A stretch of 64,000 nucleotides of DNA, taken from assembly GCA_049320885.1 (NCBI GenBank), contig JBMORA010000018.1, positions 1-64,000 on the forward strand, given 5' to 3'. Positions 1 to 8,930 of this stretch are shown here, piece by piece (positions within the stretch are counted from its first letter, which is position 1; each line of letters opens with the position of its first letter). A model generated the notes under the pieces. It worked only from the letters and a program-made list of their open reading frames with translations, did no database searches and had not been told where the DNA came from. Both the position numbers and the translations under genes were made by a program. This DNA comes from Thermodesulfobacteriota bacterium. GTDB lineage: Bacteria; Desulfobacterota; Desulfobacteria; Desulfobacterales; SURF-7.

Positions 1-188
1 AAATCGTGGAGCGTCATGGCGGACGCATATGGGTCGAATCCACTGAAAACCAGGGGACTACTTTCTTCTTTACATTGCATAAATCATCGTACGACCAGGG
101 CGGGGAAATGAAAACAGAAGGCGCGAGACCCAAAGATGAAATCTCATGGCCGGAAGTGAGGGGAAAACGACAGGGTAAGCAAGCGTAA
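1..188 (+). CDS. C-terminal fragment of a sensor histidine kinase (HATPase_c); 5' end outside window
   Basis: Translates as [25 protein letters not shown], the typical end of an HATPase_c domain. Confidence 0.85.
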   Translation, partial: IVERHGGRIWVESTENQGTTFFFTLHKSSYDQGGEMKTEGARPKDEISWPEVRGKRQGKQA

Positions 189-204
189 AAGGAAATTTCG
201 GATT

Positions 205-3069
205 ATGGATCAAGCGACCGCAACGAAAAGAATCCTGATTGTCGACGATACGCCGGTGATGGCCCAGCTGCTGGCCCGCACCCTGAGCCCGGATTACGAT
301 ATCCTGGTTGCCGAAAACGGACGCGACGGTATCGCCGCCGCAGCCGCCCAACCGATGCCGGATTTGATTTTACTGGATATCGCCATGCCGGAAATGGACG
401 GGTATGAGGTCTGTCGGCGACTGAAAAACAGTCCGTCAACAGCGGATATTCCGGTCATTTTCCTCACCGCCATGGACTCCAACGACGACCAGAACAGGGG
501 CTTCGCCGCCGGGGCGGTGGATTACATCACCAAACCCTTCAATCCGATACTGATCAAGGCCAGGGTAAACGCCCACCTCCAGACGAAACGCAATCAGGAA
601 GAATTGGAATTTCTGGTTCAAGAACGAACCCGTGAACTATTGGAGATCAATCGGCGCCTGCAGCAGGAAATCCAGGATCGGAGCCGATCGGATGAAATCA
701 ACCAGGCGTTGTATTCCATATCGAACGCGGTCAACACCAGTTCGGACCTGGATGCACTGTATCGTTCCATTCACCGGATCATGAGCCGCGTCATCGATGC
801 AGCCGATTTCCTGATCGCCACCTATGAGCCTGGAACCGAAACGATCCGATACCCATACTGGGTAAATGAATCCCGCCACAGGCTGGAAACGGAAGAAAGT
901 ATCAGGGTGTCGAACATCCTGTTGATGGAAGTCATCAAGACCGGTCGTTCCATGGTCTTCAGGCGCCAGGATATCCTGGCGCTTGTCCAGGCTGCGGTCT
1001 ATGAATACCAGGGCCTTCTCCCGGAAGTCTGGCTGGGAGTGCCCCTCAAAAGCAGGGACACCATCATCGGCGCCGTCGCCGTTCAACACGATTCCGATCC
1101 CGATCATTTCGATGTTCCGGATGTCAACGTGCTGCACACCGTTTCCGGACAGATCGCCATGGCCATTGAACAGAAACGCGCCCAGGAAGCCTTGCGCAAG
1201 AGCGAGGAACGACATTCAAAAGTCCTCGAAGCCACCAGTGACGGCATCTGGGACTGGGATATCCGCACCAACGGCCTTTACGTGGATCCGAGTTATTACC
1301 GCCTACTCGATTATGAGCCGTATGAATTCCCCAACCGGATCGAGGAATGGTGGAAAGTGGTGCATCCCGACGATGTCAAGCCGCTTCGGAGAGCGTTGAT
1401 CGCCCACCTGAAGGCCGGGACGGAAAAATTCAACGCGGAATTCAGGGCCCGGAAAAAAAACGGCGACTTTGTCTGGATATCGGGCAGAGGCAAAGTGGTT
1501 GAAATCGATGCGGAGGGGCGGCCCACGCGCATGGCCGGCACCCACACGGAGATTACTCATCGAAAGCTGGCCGAGCAGGCCCTGAGTGAAAGCCAGGAGC
1601 GGTATAAACGGCTTTCCGAAGTGACCATTGAAGGCGTCCTGTTTCACGACAAAGGGGTCGTCATCGATTGCAACGATTCCTTTGCCGCCATGTTTGGATA
1701 TCAGCGCGACGAACTGCTCGGTAAAAACGTCATCGAAGTCTGCGCCTGCCCGGAATACCATGAGATGATCTATCAGAACGTCCGCGACTCCTATAATGAG
1801 CCATATGAAATCAAAGGTCTGAAAAAGGACGGCACTGTTTTTCCCGTGGAATTGGAAGGCAAGGAATCGCATTACTTCGGCAAGATCCTGAGGGTCACGG
1901 CGGTCAGGGATCTGTCCGAAAGAAAGCGCACGGAAGAAAAAATGATCCGCATGCAGAAAATGGAGGCCATCGGCACCCTGGCCGGTGGAATCGCCCATGA
2001 CTTTAACAATCTTCTCGGGGGCATCCTCGGAAATATCGGCCTGCTGCAGATGTATTTGCCTGAAGGCGGTCCTGCCTGGACCCGTTTGAAGACCATTGAA
2101 AAAATCGTCCACCGCGGCGCCAATCTTGCCAAACAATTGCTGGGATATGCCCGTGAAGGCAAATATCAGATCTCCCCGATCAACATCAATCTGCTGATCC
2201 GGGAAACCCTGGAAATGTTCGGCCGGACCCGCAGACAGGTCATCATCCATTCCCATTTGCAAAACGATCCATGGACGGTGGAGGGTGACCCGACCCAGAT
2301 CGAGCAGGTACTTCTCAATCTCTATATCAACGCGGCCGACGCCATGCCCAACGGCGGAGAACTGTTCGTGGAAACCGAAAACATGGTGATTTCCAAAATC
2401 CACGCCAAACAGCATCTGGGCGAGCCCGGACAGTATGTCATGATTTCGGTGCGGGACACCGGCCACGGCATGGACAAGGAAATCAAAAAAAGGATATTCG
2501 ACCCGTTTTTCACCACCAAGGATGTCGGCAAGGGGACCGGACTGGGACTGGCTTCCGCTTACGGAATCATTAAAAATCACAACGGCAATATCGATGTCTA
2601 CAGTGAGCCGGGCAAGGGCAGCATTTTCAAAATTTATCTGCCCTCATCGGACAAACACGCCGGGGAAGTCGTCCAGGCGGAGGAAAAAACGCTAAAAGGC
2701 AGCGAAACCATCCTGCTGGTGGACGATGAATACGAATTCCGCGATGTCGGGGAGGAAATGCTGCGGGAACTCGGTTATGAGGTGATCACCGCCGTAAACG
2801 GACAGGAAGCCTGCGACATTTTTACCGCCCGGCACGGGGCCATCGACCTAGTGATCCTGGACATGATCATGCCCATCATGGGCGGCGGCAAAACATTCGA
2901 TTTCCTGAAAACCATCCAGCCATCCGCGCGGGTTCTGCTGTCCAGCGGATACAGCGCCGACAGCGAAGCAGCTGAAATCCTCTCCCGCGGTTGTGACGGA
3001 TTCATTCAAAAGCCCTTCCGCATGTTCGAACTGTCCAAGAAACTGCGGGAGCTGCTGGACAAAGATTAA
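205..3069 (+). CDS. Hybrid sensor histidine kinase (REC-GAF-PAS-PAS-HisKA-HATPase-REC)
   Basis: N-terminal receiver (ILIVDD...LLDIAMP...KPF), GAF-like segment, PAS segments (DGIWDWD...VHPDD), H-box AGGIAHDFNNLL, G-boxes DTGHG and GTGLGL, C-terminal receiver. Confidence 0.95.
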   Translation: MDQATATKRILIVDDTPVMAQLLARTLSPDYDILVAENGRDGIAAAAAQPMPDLILLDIAMPEMDGYEVCRRLKNSPSTADIPVIFLTAMDSNDDQNRGFAAGAVDYITKPFNPILIKARVNAHLQTKRNQEELEFLVQERTRELLEINRRLQQEIQDRSRSDEINQALYSISNAVNTSSDLDALYRSIHRIMSRVIDAADFLIATYEPGTETIRYPYWVNESRHRLETEESIRVSNILLMEVIKTGRSMVFRRQDILALVQAAVYEYQGLLPEVWLGVPLKSRDTIIGAVAVQHDSDPDHFDVPDVNVLHTVSGQIAMAIEQKRAQEALRKSEERHSKVLEATSDGIWDWDIRTNGLYVDPSYYRLLDYEPYEFPNRIEEWWKVVHPDDVKPLRRALIAHLKAGTEKFNAEFRARKKNGDFVWISGRGKVVEIDAEGRPTRMAGTHTEITHRKLAEQALSESQERYKRLSEVTIEGVLFHDKGVVIDCNDSFAAMFGYQRDELLGKNVIEVCACPEYHEMIYQNVRDSYNEPYEIKGLKKDGTVFPVELEGKESHYFGKILRVTAVRDLSERKRTEEKMIRMQKMEAIGTLAGGIAHDFNNLLGGILGNIGLLQMYLPEGGPAWTRLKTIEKIVHRGANLAKQLLGYAREGKYQISPININLLIRETLEMFGRTRRQVIIHSHLQNDPWTVEGDPTQIEQVLLNLYINAADAMPNGGELFVETENMVISKIHAKQHLGEPGQYVMISVRDTGHGMDKEIKKRIFDPFFTTKDVGKGTGLGLASAYGIIKNHNGNIDVYSEPGKGSIFKIYLPSSDKHAGEVVQAEEKTLKGSETILLVDDEYEFRDVGEEMLRELGYEVITAVNGQEACDIFTARHGAIDLVILDMIMPIMGGGKTFDFLKTIQPSARVLLSSGYSADSEAAEILSRGCDGFIQKPFRMFELSKKLRELLDKD

Positions 3070-3234
3070 GGCTATACTTTTCAGCGGCACCGCAAAGAAG
3101 CCCCACGGCGCCGAGGTTTTCTTCTGTTTCCCCGGTGTCCCCTTGGGCCAGGAACGTTCCCGCTTTCATGCTTGACATCCCTTCCGGGTTAGCGTATCAG
3201 CCTTAATTCGCACTTCATTGTTTTGGGACATATC

Positions 3235-3987
3235 ATGATCAATCGCATTATTTCCGTCGGTTTCCTGGTATTCATCGCCCTCAGTTCCATCCTGTTTTTC
3301 CTGATCGCCCTGACCCTCCGCTTGCTGACCGGATTCTTCGACCGCCGTCTGGTCCTCTTGCACTATTTCACCTGTTTCTGGGCCTCCGTTTATACCTGGA
3401 TCATGCCCGCCTGGTCCGTTTCCATCCATGACCGCCGCCATATCCGAAAAGGAGTGACCTACATGGTGGTGTCCAACCATCAGTCGCAACTGGATATCCT
3501 GCTGGCGTTCCGCCTTTTTTTTCCGTTCAAATGGGTCTCCAAGGCCGAAGTGTTCAAGGTTCCCCTGATCGGCTGGAACATGGTGCTCAACCGGTACATA
3601 AAACTTAAGCGGGGGGACAAGGACAGCATCCGGCAGATGATGGATCAGTGTGAAGAAACCCTTTCCAATGGAAGTTCGGTGTATTTTTTTCCGGAAGGGA
3701 CTCGCTCGGAAACAGGCGTTCTGAAGCCCTTCAAACCGGGAGCCTTTATTCTTGCCAAAAAATTACAAGTGCCGATTCTGCCCATCGTGATCAACGGCTC
3801 CAAAAACGCCCTGCCGAAACACAGCCTCAATTTTCACGGCAAGCATCATATGCACATCACCGTTCTGGAAGAAATCCCGCCCGCAACCTTCGCGGAATTA
3901 CCCGTGGAGGAGATCATCCGGATGGTCCGGGAAAAGATCGCAGCCTGCCTGGGAGGAGATCGCGAATCCGCGGGCCATCCTTCCTGA
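3235..3987 (+). CDS. 1-acyl-sn-glycerol-3-phosphate acyltransferase (PlsC family)
   Basis: NHQSQLD (HX4D) and FPEGTRS motifs; ATG at 3235 preferred over TTG at 3223. Confidence 0.9.
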   Translation: MINRIISVGFLVFIALSSILFFLIALTLRLLTGFFDRRLVLLHYFTCFWASVYTWIMPAWSVSIHDRRHIRKGVTYMVVSNHQSQLDILLAFRLFFPFKWVSKAEVFKVPLIGWNMVLNRYIKLKRGDKDSIRQMMDQCEETLSNGSSVYFFPEGTRSETGVLKPFKPGAFILAKKLQVPILPIVINGSKNALPKHSLNFHGKHHMHITVLEEIPPATFAELPVEEIIRMVREKIAACLGGDRESAGHPS

Positions 3988-4208
3988 TCGCCGTCCGGCC
4001 CGGGCCCGTCCCGCATACGCCCTGCCGCTGGAAGAGGCAACCATCTTACGGCGGCACCCCAATCCCGGGTCTTTTCAGACAGCTGCCAAAAAAAACTTGC
4101 CTGGGCTTGGGGGGGTATGCTAAACGAAATCTTTGATTCATTTTGTTTCATTTTGTCTCAAGAAGAGGTTACCTTACCTGACTTTGTTTCGAAAGGAGCG
4201 GCGCCATC

Positions 4209-4787
4209 ATGCCCCCCCAAAAAAAGCTGCGGCTGACATACATTCTGGCCTTGGTCCTGCTGCTTGCCGGCGCCATATGCTATGCCGCATTCCCGGTCAA
4301 ACAACCGGAAGATCCCATTCGAAAAATGTTCAAAACCACCGCGGGAAAAGTTCTGTTTACCCACCATCAGCACCGGGCGGAAAAAGGGTACGCCGTCGCC
4401 TGTTTCGATTGCCACCATCACCATGAGGAGGATGCGGAAACACTTCGGCCGTGCGGCGACTGTCATCAGCCGGAAGATCCGCGGGAAGTCCCCGAGACCT
4501 GCCGCGAATGCCATGAGCCCGGTGAAGCCCACCATCCCGAATGGGAGGAAGGCGAAACGGAATCCGGCGGTGATGAAGTCCGGGCCTGCAAGGACTGCCA
4601 CCTGGTCAAGGACGGTGAATCCACTCCCGGGACCTGCCTTGACTGCCATGAAGCCGATGAAATCGGCGAACAGGAAAAAAAGATGAATTTTCAGAAACGT
4701 TCCGACGCGTTCCATAACCAGTGTATCGATTGTCACCGCCAATTCGGCAAGGGACCGGTGGAATGCGCGTCCTGCCACGTTATGTAA
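4209..4787 (+). CDS. Multiheme class III (c3-like) cytochrome c with 7 CXXCH motifs, first gene of the rnf operon
   Basis: Hydrophobic N-terminus; GKVLFTHHQH c3-type motif; CFDCH, CGDCH, CRECH, CKDCH, CLDCH, CIDCH, CASCH; AAGGAG RBS. Confidence 0.92.
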   Translation: MPPQKKLRLTYILALVLLLAGAICYAAFPVKQPEDPIRKMFKTTAGKVLFTHHQHRAEKGYAVACFDCHHHHEEDAETLRPCGDCHQPEDPREVPETCRECHEPGEAHHPEWEEGETESGGDEVRACKDCHLVKDGESTPGTCLDCHEADEIGEQEKKMNFQKRSDAFHNQCIDCHRQFGKGPVECASCHVM

Positions 4788-4804
4788 ATTCGGAAATGGA
4801 CCCA

Positions 4805-6097
4805 ATGATAAAAAGATCATTCATCGGATTGTATCAAGCCAGGCTGACATATGACGCCGTCGATCCCGGTGTTCAAAAAGCCAGAGCGGTCCGGCCGCGC
4901 CAATCGGTCCGGCTCCTCGTGGAATGTCCCATGCCCCCCGGCAAAAAACTGCTGCTGGCAACAGGCGACAAGGTCAAAGAAGGTCAGAAGCTGCTGCTGT
5001 CAAACAACTCCTCCTGTTACGCCATCGCGACCGCCGCCGGGATCATTTCCGCCATCGAACCCCATACCGGCAATTTCGGCCGGAAATACACTGCCGTCAC
5101 CATCACCCTCGACCCGGCCTCAGGGACGGACGACAGCTTCCGGACCGAATGCGGGCAACCGTCCATGAAGGTCCTCCGGGATTTTCTGGCCCACCTCCCT
5201 GGAACGCTGCCGCCTGCCCTGCTACCCCCCCTGGCAGGAAACAGACCGGAGCTTCATACCCTGGTGGTCCTCGGCATGGACAGCGACCTGCTGGTCAATA
5301 CCCGCCGGCATATTCTCCAATCGGGGACGGCGGCTGTCAAAACCGGTGTCCGCCTGCTGAAACAGATCACCGGCATCCAGAAAATAATTCTGGCCGTACC
5401 GGATGCCCTTTCCCAGGAAGCCCTTTCCGTGGGGGAACCGGTGCAAACCCTTTCCGCCGCCTATCCGTCGGCCCTGCCGCGTCTCATCGTGAAGAGCATA
5501 TCCGGGAATCCGGTCCCGGCGAGCAAGACCTGCGAAGAAGCGGGTTTCTGTTTCGTCAGCGTCGAAACGGCCGCCGCATTGGGCTCGGCCTTTGAAACCG
5601 GCGTCATCCCCAAGGAAAAACGCCTGACAATCGTCGACAAGCAAGGCCGGAAAACCATGATTTCCGCCGTTATCGGAACGTCCATCAAGGATATCCTGGA
5701 TGACCTCCATATCTCCCTGAACGAGGGGGACCGGCTCATCAACGGCGGCCCCATGACCGGCGAGGCGCTGCAAAGTGAATTCCATCCTGTCTGCCCGGAC
5801 ATGGACGCGATCTGCATTCAGGATAAGAACGCCATCCCCCTGGTGGAGAATTCCTATTGCATCAATTGCGGTGAATGCATCCGTATCTGCCCGGTGAATG
5901 TTCCGGTCAATCTGCTGGTACGCTACCTGGAAGCCGGTAGATATGACGAAGCCCGGGATCGTCAGGATCTGGACGCCTGCATCGAATGCGGTCTTTGCAG
6001 CTATGTCTGCACCGCGCGTATCCCCATATTTCAATATATCCGGCAGGCGAAATTCGAATTGGCCGGAGTTCATCCAGCGGAGGCCGGGAATGCATAA
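4805..6097 (+). CDS. rnfC: Rnf complex subunit C (divergent)
   Basis: GDKVKEGQ N-terminal barrel motif, GGPMTG (SLBB), two [4Fe-4S] motifs CINCGECIRICP and CIECGLCSYVC; position before rnfD. Start placed at MIKRSF (4805); 4796 is possible. Confidence 0.85.
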   Translation: MIKRSFIGLYQARLTYDAVDPGVQKARAVRPRQSVRLLVECPMPPGKKLLLATGDKVKEGQKLLLSNNSSCYAIATAAGIISAIEPHTGNFGRKYTAVTITLDPASGTDDSFRTECGQPSMKVLRDFLAHLPGTLPPALLPPLAGNRPELHTLVVLGMDSDLLVNTRRHILQSGTAAVKTGVRLLKQITGIQKIILAVPDALSQEALSVGEPVQTLSAAYPSALPRLIVKSISGNPVPASKTCEEAGFCFVSVETAAALGSAFETGVIPKEKRLTIVDKQGRKTMISAVIGTSIKDILDDLHISLNEGDRLINGGPMTGEALQSEFHPVCPDMDAICIQDKNAIPLVENSYCINCGECIRICPVNVPVNLLVRYLEAGRYDEARDRQDLDACIECGLCSYVCTARIPIFQYIRQAKFELAGVHPAEAGNA

Positions 6098-7052
6098 TAC
6101 GCGTAAATTGATCGTCTCACACGCCCCCTTCTGGCACGCCGGAAGCTCCATCACCGCAAGAAGCTGCCATATCATGGGAGCCGCCATGCTGGCCGTCATC
6201 CCGGGAATCGCCCAATACGGCGTCCCGGCCGTGGCGGTTGTCTGCCTGGCCATATCCTCCGCCATGATCTGGGAACTCCTGTTCAGCGTCATCGCCAAGA
6301 GACCGGTGGCCATCGCCGACGGCAACGCCGCCATGATCGGCATGATTTTCGCCATGCTGGTGCCGGCCACGACGCCCTGGTGGGCCGTTCTCACCGGAAC
6401 CTTTGTCGCGGTTATCATCGGCAAGCAAATTTACGGCGGCATCGGCGGGAACCCGTTCAACCCGGTTCTGATCGGCATCGCGATCCTGTCCCTTTCCTGG
6501 AAGGATTATTTCGACTTCACGGAAGCCCTGCTGGTGTATGACTTCGATTTTCCGGCGATCTACCCCCTTGCAGCCCTGAAAGCTTTCGGAACCGGCGCCA
6601 TCTCTTCCTTCACCCCCCTGGATTTGTTTCTCGGCCGCCAGATCGGGGGCATCGGCGCAACCTGCGGCCTGGCCCTTATGGTGGGCGGCGTCTACCTGAT
6701 CCTGCGCGGGTTCATCCGCTGGGAAATTTCCGTTTCCTTCCTCGCCGGCGTGTTTTTGTCCGCCCTGCTGTTTCAATTTTTCGGCGAGCCCGGCCGGTAT
6801 GCCGGCCCCCTGTTCCATCTGCTGACCGGCTATACCCTGATCGGCGCCTTTTTCCTGGCAACCGAGGACTCTTCTTCACCGGTTTATTTCTATCCCATGC
6901 TCATTTACGGCGCGGCTGCCGGCGTCATGACCGTGATGATCCGCAATATCGGCGCCTATGCGGATGGTGTCGTATACGCCATCCTGCTTCTGAACCTCGT
7001 CAACCCGATCATTGACAAAATCAGACCCAAAGCCATAGGAAAGGTAATCTGA
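6090..7052 (+). CDS. rnfD: Rnf complex subunit D
   Basis: Polytopic membrane protein with GKQIYGGIGGNPFNP and AFFLATE motifs; ATG at 6090 overlaps the 3' end of rnfC. Confidence 0.92.
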   Translation: MHNTRKLIVSHAPFWHAGSSITARSCHIMGAAMLAVIPGIAQYGVPAVAVVCLAISSAMIWELLFSVIAKRPVAIADGNAAMIGMIFAMLVPATTPWWAVLTGTFVAVIIGKQIYGGIGGNPFNPVLIGIAILSLSWKDYFDFTEALLVYDFDFPAIYPLAALKAFGTGAISSFTPLDLFLGRQIGGIGATCGLALMVGGVYLILRGFIRWEISVSFLAGVFLSALLFQFFGEPGRYAGPLFHLLTGYTLIGAFFLATEDSSSPVYFYPMLIYGAAAGVMTVMIRNIGAYADGVVYAILLLNLVNPIIDKIRPKAIGKVI

Positions 7053-7054
7053 CC

Positions 7055-7648
7055 ATGCGTGAAATCCTAAGTATGGTGATTGTATTGACGGTTCTGAGCG
7101 CCATGTCCGGCGGCCTGCTGGCCGCGCTCCGGGACAACACCATGGAAAAAATAGAATACCAGAAACTGAAATTTCTCAAGGCTCCCGCTGTCAAGGAGAT
7201 TCTCAAAGGCGCCGCCAATGATCCCATTACGGATAAATTCAAATTGAATGATGGCGAAACGGAAATCAGTTTCTTCGTGGGCGAGTTCGACGGCAAAAAG
7301 AATACGGTTTGTTTTGAAACCTTCGGCAAGGGGTATGGTGGGGACGTGGGCCTCATGGTGGGCGTCAACCTGGAAGAAGACAAGATCGTCAGCGTCGGTG
7401 TGACGACCCACAGCGAAACCCCCGGCCTGGGGGCCCGGGCCAAGGATTCCCAGGATCTGGCCAAACAGTTCAAGGGGATTTCCCTGGAGTCCCCTTTTAA
7501 AGTCAAAAACGACGGCGGCCAAATCGACGCCCTGGCCGGAGCCACCATTACTTCCCGGGCCGTCTGCAACGCCGCCAGCGACGCCGGGGCCATTTACAAA
7601 CGCCTGAAACCGGATATTCAGCAGAAAATCGACGCTCTCGAGAAATAA
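7055..7648 (+). CDS. rnfG: Rnf complex subunit G
   Basis: N-terminal TM, GKGYGG, ETPGLG and flavinylation-type motif DALAGATITS. Confidence 0.93.
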   Translation: MREILSMVIVLTVLSAMSGGLLAALRDNTMEKIEYQKLKFLKAPAVKEILKGAANDPITDKFKLNDGETEISFFVGEFDGKKNTVCFETFGKGYGGDVGLMVGVNLEEDKIVSVGVTTHSETPGLGARAKDSQDLAKQFKGISLESPFKVKNDGGQIDALAGATITSRAVCNAASDAGAIYKRLKPDIQQKIDALEK

Positions 7649-7674
7649 CCCGGACCGGCAAGGAGTACCAGCTT

Positions 7675-8298
7675 ATGGCAAAAACATTGACACAGGAATT
7701 CGTCAAGGGATTATGGGCGGAAGTGCCTCCCTTCCGGCTCGTGCTGGGTCTCTGCCCGACCCTGGGCGTCAGCACAAAAATGGAATACGGCATCGGCATG
7801 GGGCTTGCGACGGCTTTCGTATTGATCTGCTCCAACATCCTGATTGCAATGCTGCGCAACTATATCCCTTCCAAGGTCCGGATCGCCAGTTTTATCATCA
7901 TCATCGCCACTTTTGTCACGGTGGTTGAATTGCTGATGCAGGCGTATACCTATGAAATTTTTCTGCAACTGGGCATTTTCATCCCGCTGATCGTCGTCAA
8001 CTGCATATTGCTCGGCCGGGCCGAGGCATTTGCCAGCAAAAACGGAATACTAGCGTCCACGATGGACGGCGCCGGCATTGGTATCGGCTTTACCCTGGCG
8101 CTGGCCTCCATCGGCGCCATCCGGGAAATCCTGGGGACGGGTTCCCTGAGCGGAAACATTCTCAACCTGGTTACATACAATCTTCCGAACCTGTTCGGCA
8201 GTTCATATGAGCCTTTCACATTCATGACCCAGGCCCCCGGAGCCTTTGTCTGTCTCGGCATGATGCTGTGCCTGATGAATCTTGTCGGCAAAAAGTAG
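7675..8298 (+). CDS. rnfE: Rnf complex subunit E
   Basis: LGLCPTLG and FIPLIVVNCILLGRAEAFA motifs. Confidence 0.95.
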   Translation: MAKTLTQEFVKGLWAEVPPFRLVLGLCPTLGVSTKMEYGIGMGLATAFVLICSNILIAMLRNYIPSKVRIASFIIIIATFVTVVELLMQAYTYEIFLQLGIFIPLIVVNCILLGRAEAFASKNGILASTMDGAGIGIGFTLALASIGAIREILGTGSLSGNILNLVTYNLPNLFGSSYEPFTFMTQAPGAFVCLGMMLCLMNLVGKK

Positions 8299-8310
8299 GA
8301 GAAGAAATTC

Positions 8311-8886
8311 ATGACCCATTACCTTCTGCTCGCGATCAGTTGCATTCTGGTCAACAATATTCTGCTGGCCCAGTTTTTAGGCAATTGTCCGTTTCTGGGG
8401 ACTTCCAAAAAAATGGAAACCGCCGTGGGTATGGCCATGGCGGTAATCTTCGTTCTGGTGATGGCCGGCGCCTTCACCTGGATGACCAATACCTTCATCC
8501 TGAAACGGTTCGGGTTGGAATATCTGAAAACGATTTCCTTCATCTTGGTGATCGCCTCCCTGGTCCAGTTTGTGGAAATGTTTTTAAAGAAAAGCATCCC
8601 GGCTTTGTATGCCGGGCTCGGAATTTTCCTGCCCCTGATCACCACCAACTGTGCGGTTATGGGAGCTTGTCTGATCAACATCGACAAGGAATATACTTTT
8701 GTCGAATCCTTGGTCACTTCATTCGCATATGCGGCCGGTTTCGGTCTTGCCCTGATCCTGTTTGCCGGAATCCGGGAGCGCATTCTGCTGGCCAGAGTGC
8801 CGAAGCCCCTGCAGGACACCTCCATCGGGCTGGTGACCGCCGGCTTGATCGCCCTGTCTTTTTTTGCTTTCAAAGGCATGGTGTGA
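8311..8886 (+). CDS. rnfA: Rnf complex subunit A
   Basis: FLGNCPFLG and FLPLITTNCAV motifs. Confidence 0.95.
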   Translation: MTHYLLLAISCILVNNILLAQFLGNCPFLGTSKKMETAVGMAMAVIFVLVMAGAFTWMTNTFILKRFGLEYLKTISFILVIASLVQFVEMFLKKSIPALYAGLGIFLPLITTNCAVMGACLINIDKEYTFVESLVTSFAYAAGFGLALILFAGIRERILLARVPKPLQDTSIGLVTAGLIALSFFAFKGMV

Positions 8887-8930
8887 TCGCTTTTTTGAAA
8901 AGAAATGTTGATTCACGTTAGGAGGCCTTC

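Noticed and set aside
1303..2580. Long antisense ORFs (also 5222-6424, 11303-12556, 41363-42631, 50381-52063)
   Set aside because: They lie opposite well-supported genes, have no recognisable motifs and are expected shadows of GC-biased codon usage
4721..4804. N-terminal extensions in the ORF track (also for rnfD, the PPTase, rsmI, the ParM-like and FmdB genes)
   Set aside because: They overlap upstream genes or promoters; downstream starts have better RBS or match family N-termini
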